This document shows positions 56,101-64,000 of a DNA stretch of 64,000 nucleotides, in pieces. The position numbers and the translations under genes are program-made. The notes beneath the pieces were generated by a model. It had not been told where the DNA came from and did not search any database. It saw only the letters and a program-made list of their open reading frames with translations. The DNA is from Eledone cirrhosa (Eukaryota), in NCBI GenBank assembly GCA_964016885.1, contig OZ024750.1:29822001-29886000 (forward strand), read 5' to 3'. How positions within the stretch are numbered: the stretch's first letter is position 1; every line of letters begins with the position of its first letter.

Positions 56101-56569
56101 ACCACCACCACCACCACCAAAGCCATCACCATCACCACCACTACCACCACCAACATCATCATCATCACCAACACCACCAACAACATTATCAACATTGCCA
56201 CCACCACTACCACCATCACTACCAGCACCAGCACCACTACACCACCAACACGACCACTACCACCACCACCACCACCACCACCACCACCAACATCATCACC
56301 ACCACTACCACCACCACCACCAACATCATCACCCTCACTACCACCACCACCACCACCTCCACCACAACCACCACCACCACCATCATCATCACCACTACCA
56401 CTACCAACAACAACAACATTATCAACATCACCACCAACATCATCATCATCACCACCACCACCACCAACATCATCATCATCACCACCACCACCGATATCGA
56501 AATTGACGGAGATCCATTCCATGCCTATCTCTATATATTCTTTTGTCTGTAGCATTCTTTAGAGTTAGG

Positions 56570-56935
56570 TTTAATGGTGAAGTTGTGTCTCAATTAATTT
56601 ATTTTTAATGGTGAAGTTGTGTCTCAATTAATTTATTTTTAATGGTGAAGTTGTCTCAATTAATTTCTTTTTAATTGTGAAGTTGTGTCTCAATTAATTT
56701 ATTTTTAATGATGAAGTTGTGTCTCAATTAATTTATTTTTAATGGTGAAGTTATGCCTCAATCAATTTCCTTTTAATGGTGAAGTTGTGCCTCAATTAAT
56801 TTCCTTTTAATGGTGAAGTTATGCCTCAATCAATTTCCTTTTAATGGTGAAGTTGTGCCTCAATTAATTTCCTTTTAATGGTGAAGTTGTGCCTCAATCA
56901 ATTTCCTTTTAATGGTGAAGTTGTGCCTCAGTTAT
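56570..56935. repeat. 34-bp minisatellite, about 11 copies
   Basis: TTTAATGGTGAAGTTGTGYCTCAATTAATTTMYT. Confidence 0.9.
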
Positions 56936-57039
56936 TTCTATCACAATTGTCAAATCGGTGTATTTGTATATTGCACAAAAAATAGTTATTGCAAATATTT
57001 AGCTCCTGTATTTTATGAATTAACCCTCGGGTCTACTAT

Positions 57040-57303
57040 TAACCCTCGGGTCTACCCCTCGGTCTCCTACCTGTTGGTTTTGCCCGTAAAATCTGTCCAG
57101 TGATTCTTTCCTGAAACATTCTAACCACATGCCCAAAGTATCGGAGCTGTGATCTCCCAATTCGGAGAAGTAGTGGCTCTACCTGGAGTGACTCTCTGAT
57201 CTCCGAGCTACGCACTTTATCGAGTTACGTTACTCCAAAGACCCATCGGAGGAATCCCATTTCGGCTGCTTGTATTCGCGGTCGTATTTCTTTCGGTCAT
57301 TAC
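57040..57303 (-). pseudogene. RTE-clade LINE ORF fragment
   Basis: RIQAAEMGFLRWVFGVT*LDKVRSSEIRESLQVEPLLLRIGRSQLRYFGHVVRM...TGRRPRGRP. Confidence 0.8.
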
Positions 57304-57304
57304 C

Positions 57305-59750
57305 ATATGGTCCTTAAACAACATAGCTACAGTACTATCACTATATATGGTCCTTAAACAACATAGCTACAGTACTATCACTATATATGGTCCTTAAACA
57401 ACATAGCTACAGTACTATCACTATATATGGTCCTTAAACAACATAGCTACAGTACTATCACTATATATAGTCCTTACACAACATAGCTACAGTACTATCA
57501 CTATATATGGTCCTTAAACAACATAGCTACAGTACTATCACTATATATGGTCCTTACACAACATAGCTACAGTACTATCACTATATATGGTCCTTAAACA
57601 ACATAGCTACAGTACTATCACTATATATGGTCCTTAAACAACATAGCTACAGTACTATCACTATATATAGTCCTTACACAACATAGCTACAGTACTATCA
57701 CTATATATGGTCCTTAAACAACATAGCTACAGTACTATCACTATATATGGTCCTTAAACAACATAGCTACAGTACTATCACTATATATAGTCCTTACACA
57801 ACATAGCTACAGTACTATCACTATATATGGTCCTTAAACAATATAGCTACAGTACTATCACTATATATGGTCCTTAAACAACATAGCTACAGTACTATCA
57901 CTATATATGGTCCTTAAACAACATAGCTACAGTACTATCACTATATATGGTCCTTAAACAACATAGCTACAGTACTATCACTATATATGGTCCTTAAACA
58001 ACATAGCTACAGTACTATCACTATATATGGTCCTTAAACAACATAGCTACAGTACTATCACTATATATAGTCCTTACACAACATAGCTACAGTACTATCA
58101 CTATATATGGTCCTTAAACAACATAGCTACAGTACTATCACTATATATAGTCCTTACACAACATAGCTACAGTACTATCACTATATATGGTCCTTACACA
58201 GCATAGCTACAGTACTATCACTATATATAGTCCTTACACAACATAGCTACAGTACTATCACTATATATGGTCCTTACACAACATAGCTACAGTACTATCA
58301 CTATATATGGTCCTTAAACAACATAGCTACAGTACTATCACTATATATAGTCCTTACACAACATAGCTACAGTACTATCACTATATATGGTCCTTACACA
58401 ACATAGCTACAGTACTATCACTATATATGGTCCTTAAACAACATAGCTACAGTACTATCTCTATATATGGTCCTTAAACAACATAGCTACAGTACTATCA
58501 CTATATATGGTCCTTAAACAACATAGCTACAGTACTATCACTATATATGGTCCTTAAACAACATAGCTACAGTACTATCACTATATATAGTCCTTACACA
58601 ACATAGCTACAGTACTATCACTATATATGGTCCTTACACAACATAGCTACAGTACTATCACTATATATGGTCCTTAAACAACATAGCTACAGTACTATCA
58701 CTATATATGGTCCTTAAACAACATAGCTACAGTACTATCACTATATATGGTCCTTAAACAACATAGCTACAGTACTATCACTATATATGGTCCTTAAACA
58801 ACATAGCTACAGTACTATCACTATATATAGTCCTTACACAACATAGCTACAGTACTATCACTATATATGGTCCTTAAACAACATAGCTACAGTACTATCA
58901 CTATATATAGTCCTTATACAGCATAGCTACAGTACTATCACTATATATGGTCCTTAAACAACATAGCTACAATACTATCACTATATATAGTCCTTACACA
59001 ACATAGCTACAGTACTATCACTATATATGGTCCTTAAACAACATAGCTACAGTACTATCACTATATATGGTCCTTAAACAACATAGCTACAGTTCTATCA
59101 CTATATATGGTCCTTAAACAACATAGCTACAGTACTATCACTATATATGGTCCTTAAACAACATAGCTACAGTTCTATCACTATATATAGTCCTTACACA
59201 ACATAGCTACAGTACTATCACTATATATGGTCCTTAAACAACATAGCTACAGTACTATCACTATATATGGTCCTTAAACAACATAGTTACAGTTCTATCA
59301 CTATATATGGTCCTTACACAACATAGCTACAATACTACAGTACTGCAATACTATTAGTATATATGGTCCCTCCATAACATAGCTACAATACTAGAGTACT
59401 GCAATACTATTATTACGTCCTATTACGGTCTGAGTTCAAATCCCGTCAAGGTTAACGTTGCCTTTCATCCTTATGGGGTCGATAAAATAAAGTACCAGTA
59501 ATGTACTGGGTAATTGCTGGCCTTGTGCCAAAAGTAGAAACATTTATATGTGGTCTTTACACAACATAGCTATAATACTCGAGTACTATTATATGTGGTC
59601 TTTCCACAACATAGCTATAATACTAGAGTAATATTATATGTGGTCTTTCCACAACATAGCTACAATACTCGAGTACTATTATATGTGGTCTTTCCACAAC
59701 ATAGCTATAATACTAGAGTAACATTATATGTGGTCTTTATACAAAATAGC
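57305..59750. repeat. 40-bp minisatellite (~50 copies) plus a diverged ~46-bp variant, interrupted by a Nin-SINE (59410-59545)
   Basis: Unit CTATATATGGTCCTTAAACAACATAGCTACAGTACTATCA. Confidence 0.95.
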
Positions 59751-60719
59751 TACCGTAGACATTCTAAAACAGTCCTATTTCGAATTGATGAAACTTAATG
59801 TTTTTCACCATATAGACTTTCAGTAGCTTTTAGATATGTTCTTACGGGGGATTCTTGTTAGTAATTGTGTTGTTTGCATTGAAACTACGGTAGACTAATT
59901 TATCGTGTTTGACTAATAAATCGTCCATTCAGCACTTTGTTTATATGTTAATATGTATTTTAGTCTTTCAGCTGCGACTCTACGTTCTTTGTTTCAACTT
60001 ATATATTCTATGAATTTAAAGCTTCAAATTTCATGTTCCCAATTTGTTCTTTGCTTTTGTTTGATTTTCATGTTTTGAGATCGTATTGTGTTACTTAGGA
60101 AAATTTGCAAAATGGCTTTTTTTTTTTTTTTTTCGTAATAAAAAGATTTTCTTTCTGAACGTACATCCCCACCCTGGTTCAATATGTCTACCTTTATACT
60201 GTATGTCAGAAGATTTAGGATTACACGAGTAGCTTTTAACAGGATTCTTTTCAGGCGATTTCTTGTTATTTCATTAACTAAACGGGGGTCGTAATTTGAA
60301 AAGCCGTTTTCATATATTTGTATTTAAACGGCACCTAAATACTATCATCTGATATCACTCATCAAATATTTTAAAGATAATTTCGATAATTTAGACATGA
60401 TAAGACTCTGAATCAATATACTGTTTGGAGACCCTTGGTAAAAGAATTACACCGAAAGGTCTCACAAATATTGTTAACATATATGCTTTTTAATTATTTG
60501 GAGGTTCCTACGGGTTGTGAGGGAGAAAAGAGGCCATTTGGAAGAGAGAAAAAAAAAGGGGAAAAGCAGGCGTGAGTAAGGAAGAAAACGAGGAAAACAG
60601 TAGAAAGGAAAGCCACCTTGAAAAAGGAAAATAGAAATCAGATTTAAGAGAGTTATTGAAGAGATAAGCGTCAATGAAATTGGGAAAATGTGCATGAGTC
60701 AATAGTAGTCAGTGTATAG

Positions 60720-60853
60720 CAGTCATGATCAAACTCTTGCCCGCGAGCCGCATACGGCCCTTTCGGATTTCTGAAAGGCACGCCTAATTTCAAAATTACC
60801 TTCAAATTTTTAGTAGTGTGACCCGCTACACGAAAAAAGGTTGCCCATGCCTG
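60720..60853. mobile_element. hAT-type MITE
   Basis: CAGTCATGATCAAACT / AGGTTGCCCATGCCTG termini; TSD GTGTATAG/GTGTATAA. Confidence 0.65.
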
Positions 60854-61018
60854 GTGTATAATATAAAGATAGTTGGATGGTGACTTATTTAAGGGGCTAT
60901 TGTGTTTGCGTGTACACACACACACGCACACACACACAGGCACGCGCACACACACACACACACACGCACACACATTTACACGCACACGCACACACACACA
61001 CATATATATATATATATT

Positions 61019-61455
61019 AGCTATTCTAGCAATCCTTCCATAAAATCGAAAATCACCACCGGAAAAACTGACAGAGGAATCCCAGGATGTTCATGCAGAA
61101 CCCCAGGTGAATGTCCTTTGCAAGGCAAATGCAACATCAAATCCGTTGTATATGAGGCAATTATAAGACCTATTAACACCAACCAACCAACCTTCTAGCG
61201 GAGAACGTTATGTGGGCATGACCCAGGATACCTTTAAAAAAAGATACTATGCACACGTCGCTTCATTTCGACACCAGGATAAAAAGAAAACTATGGCGCT
61301 GGCAAATAGAATGTGGGAGATGAGCGTGGGATCCCATATGAAATTGATTGGTCTATCTTAGACCAATCAAAAGAATATGTTAAAGGCACAAGAAGGTGTA
61401 CCTTGTGCGTAACAGAAAAATATAGAATTCTACAGAATCTAAAATCTCTAATTAT
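61019..61455 (+). pseudogene. Penelope-like element GIY-YIG endonuclease remnant (2 frameshifts)
   Basis: CSCRTPGECPLQGKCNIKSVVYEA / ERYVGMTQDTFKKRYYAHVASFRH..LANRMW / IDWSIL..CTLCVTEKYRIL. Confidence 0.85.
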
Positions 61456-61955
61456 ACAGAGCGGTTGCCGGTCAAGTACCAAAAAGTACGAAACAGTGCT
61501 CTGTCGGCTTATCTCCCCTGTTTGCTGAAAATTGAAGTAAGTGACACTGTCACTACTCTAAAACAAAAGCGTAAAGTCTTCGAAATGCTTTTAATTAAGC
61601 ATACAGTGTATTGCAAAATCCACTATATATACATTCATATATATATATATCGCTATTTCAGAGCACCAATTCTAATTTTCAACTTTTGCTTGACCGGCAA
61701 CCGCTCTGTATAATCAGTTCCTGATTATTACTGGAATTCTATAAGAATCCAAAATTCATAATTTTCAGCAAACAGGAGGAGTAGTGAGCTTTGATAAGTA
61801 CCAAAAAGTACGAAACAGAGCTCTGTCGGCTTATCTCCCCTGTTTGCTGAAATTGAAGTAAGTGACACTGTTACTACTCTAAAATAATAGCATAAGGTCT
61901 TCGAAATGCTTTTAATTAAGCATACAGTGTATAGCAAAATACACTATATAATCAT
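61451..61955 (+). mobile_element. Penelope pseudo-LTR region: direct repeat (61473-61640 / 61795-61955), inverted segment (61451-61476 / 61689-61714), hammerhead at 61785-61833
   Basis: TGAGCT-TTGATAA(degenerate core)-GTAC caaaaa GTAC-GAAA-CAG agct CTG-TC^GGCTTA. Confidence 0.75.
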
Positions 61956-61957
61956 TC

Positions 61958-62000
<43 letters not shown>

Positions 62001-62037
62001 CGTATATATATATATATACAGTATATATATATATATA

Positions 62038-62443
62038 TGGTGGCTGCTAACTCGTTTTCGAGTACAGCCACTACTTTATATCCATGTAGGAGAACCCCTA
62101 CCGATGCACTGAACGAGTGTGACTTTTTAGTCCAGCCAGCGACTTGAAAACTCTGGTACAAACACTACACTTGTGACAATTATTGACACATAGTGCTGGG
62201 CCCATGGTACCATGTAACGACAAGTGCAGCGAGATCTCCAGATATGAAGCAATGCCTGTGCCGTGAAGCTTTTATAGTGAGCAAAGGCACTGCACAAAGC
62301 CAGTCCCACTCTCTTAACCAAGATGATATTTACCAAAAAGAACAAGTCAACATCATTGGATACCATCAGGGTTGTAGGTGTTATATCAGAGTTTTCCTTC
62401 TCCTAGAATTCTGCCTTGACAAAGGCTAAGGGGTCATCTCTCC

Positions 62444-62446
<3 letters not shown>
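62038..62446 (-). mobile_element. RTE-derived non-autonomous element copy
   Basis: Reverse complement of ~572-982. Confidence 0.8.
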
Positions 62447-62481
<35 letters not shown>

Positions 62482-62664
62482 CATACATACATACATACAT
62501 ACATACATACATACATACATACATACATACATACATACATACACATACGTACGGTAAACATTGATGCAATATTAATAAATGAAAAAAAACAAAACACAGG
62601 AGGCAAATTTACACTATTATATTAGGTTCACACTTGGAAAAAATTATATAGATATATATATATA

Positions 62665-62709
<45 letters not shown>

Positions 62710-62715
62710 ATATAT

Positions 62716-62864
62716 ATATTTATTAAAATAACAGATTAAAGTTTAAGCAAAGAATCGCTGCTTTCACCCTTAACGGGATCTTCTGAAACTGTTTCAGAAG
62801 ATCCCGTTAAGGGTGAAAGCAGCGATTCTTTGCTTAAACTTTAATCTGTTATTTTAATAAATAT
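62716..62864. repeat. Perfect ~149-bp palindrome containing a hammerhead-like motif
   Basis: Centre at 62790; GTTT-CAGAAGA-T CCC gttaa GGG T-GAAA-GCA gcgattctt TGC-TT^AAAC. Confidence 0.85.
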
Positions 62865-62965
62865 TTGCTCTACGGTTCTTATATATTTGATATATATTTA
62901 TCCTTATCGAACCCTCTTTGGATTTTAGTCTTCAAATTTATTATTATTACTATTATTATTATTAT

Positions 62966-63029
<64 letters not shown>

Positions 63030-63158
63030 TATGTATGCACCCAGGCGTCATGTGAAGGCATCGGTAAAGATATTCATCAGTGGTTGAGGTCATGTTAGAT
63101 ATTGAGATATAACAGATTAAGACCAGAAAGAAGAGGAGGCACAAAAAGAGAACAGCTA

Positions 63159-63201
63159 GTCATTGAGGAGGTCAGATAATGTGTGACGAAAGAACTTTGA
63201 C
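63159..63201 (+). ncRNA. Degenerate family E hammerhead
   Basis: GTCA-TTGAGGA-G-GTCA gataatgtg TGAC-GAAA-GAAC-TT^TGAC. Confidence 0.55.
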
Positions 63202-64000
63202 GAACTAACGAATAACTAGTAATAAAGATGAAGTGAAAATTATATGATTCGTGTACTTCTTTTTATTGGCAATACTGGCAATATAAGAATATATATATAT
63301 ATATATTTCCCAAACGCAAATCATATTACAGCATGTACTGGGAGTTTTTTTTCTGGCACCAAAACTACCACATTACAGAGTGGACTGGGTGCATTTTATA
63401 GTGCCTCCAACACAAATATGTGGTTGAAGACGGTTAGAGGATTCGGCCCATGGTCGTAAGGTCATCAGTTCGATTCCCGGGGGTGCATTGTGTCCTTTAG
63501 CATGATACTTTATTTCATGTCTCTCCAATCCAGTTAATAGGCAAAAATGAGTTGTACCTTTTGAAAAACCGATCGCTTGCGGTAGTCAGTCCAGTTTTGA
63601 CTTCTGGATATCCTGGGTCCTGCTATTTACGTAACAGAAACTCCGCAGCATGTGGGCAGCGATTAAAATAATCAGCACTCGTGTTTAGGCAAATAGTGTT
63701 ACACTCTGTGTCACGCTGGTTCTTCCTGAGAACTACGTTAAAGATACACGTGTCTGTGGAATGGTCAACTACTTACAGATTGGTGTTATGAGCGTGCTTT
63801 TTCTGAGTGAGCCGTGTATGTGTGTGGGCCTGTATATATATATATATATATGGGGGGGGGGGGTTGTGTCGGTATTTGTGTGTCTTTGTGTGGGTATGTC
63901 ACGATTTCAACGATTCAGTCACGAAGGTTTAACAGAAGCAGAAATTGTGAGGGCGGAGGTATTGCCTTTAGAATAACAGTCAAATAAATTGGATTGTTCT

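Overview
AT-rich, microsatellite-saturated, non-genic eukaryotic DNA. The Nin-domain tRNA-SINEs and (TA)n/(TATG)n/(CAC)n load suggest a mollusc, probably an octopod cephalopod (inference). No intact host gene can be supported, and almost every ORF in the track is a microsatellite artefact. Retroelement remnants: a Penelope-like GIY-YIG endonuclease with pseudo-LTRs (61.0-62.0 kb), a tandem array of three Tx1/L1-like LINEs at (GATA)n (33.7-38.5 kb), and R4/Dong-, CRE- and RTE-type fragments. Other repeats: an RTE-derived non-autonomous element retaining a C2H2 finger (3 copies), two Helitron-like elements, hAT and mariner MITEs, a long-TIR element with GC-rich cargo, and several minisatellites. 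The main hidden signal is about 15 intact or degenerate type I hammerhead ribozyme motifs in at least 8 sequence-divergent, Penelope-like mini-element families, mostly embedded in (TA)n tracts. Their stems show compensatory changes, and many copies are fold-back palindromes whose turning points lie in or beside the ribozyme hairpins. A stand-alone tRNA-like cloverleaf (GGA anticodon, short variable arm, T5 terminator) sits directly downstream of a 74-bp tandem array. All structures were read by eye; none were computed or searched.
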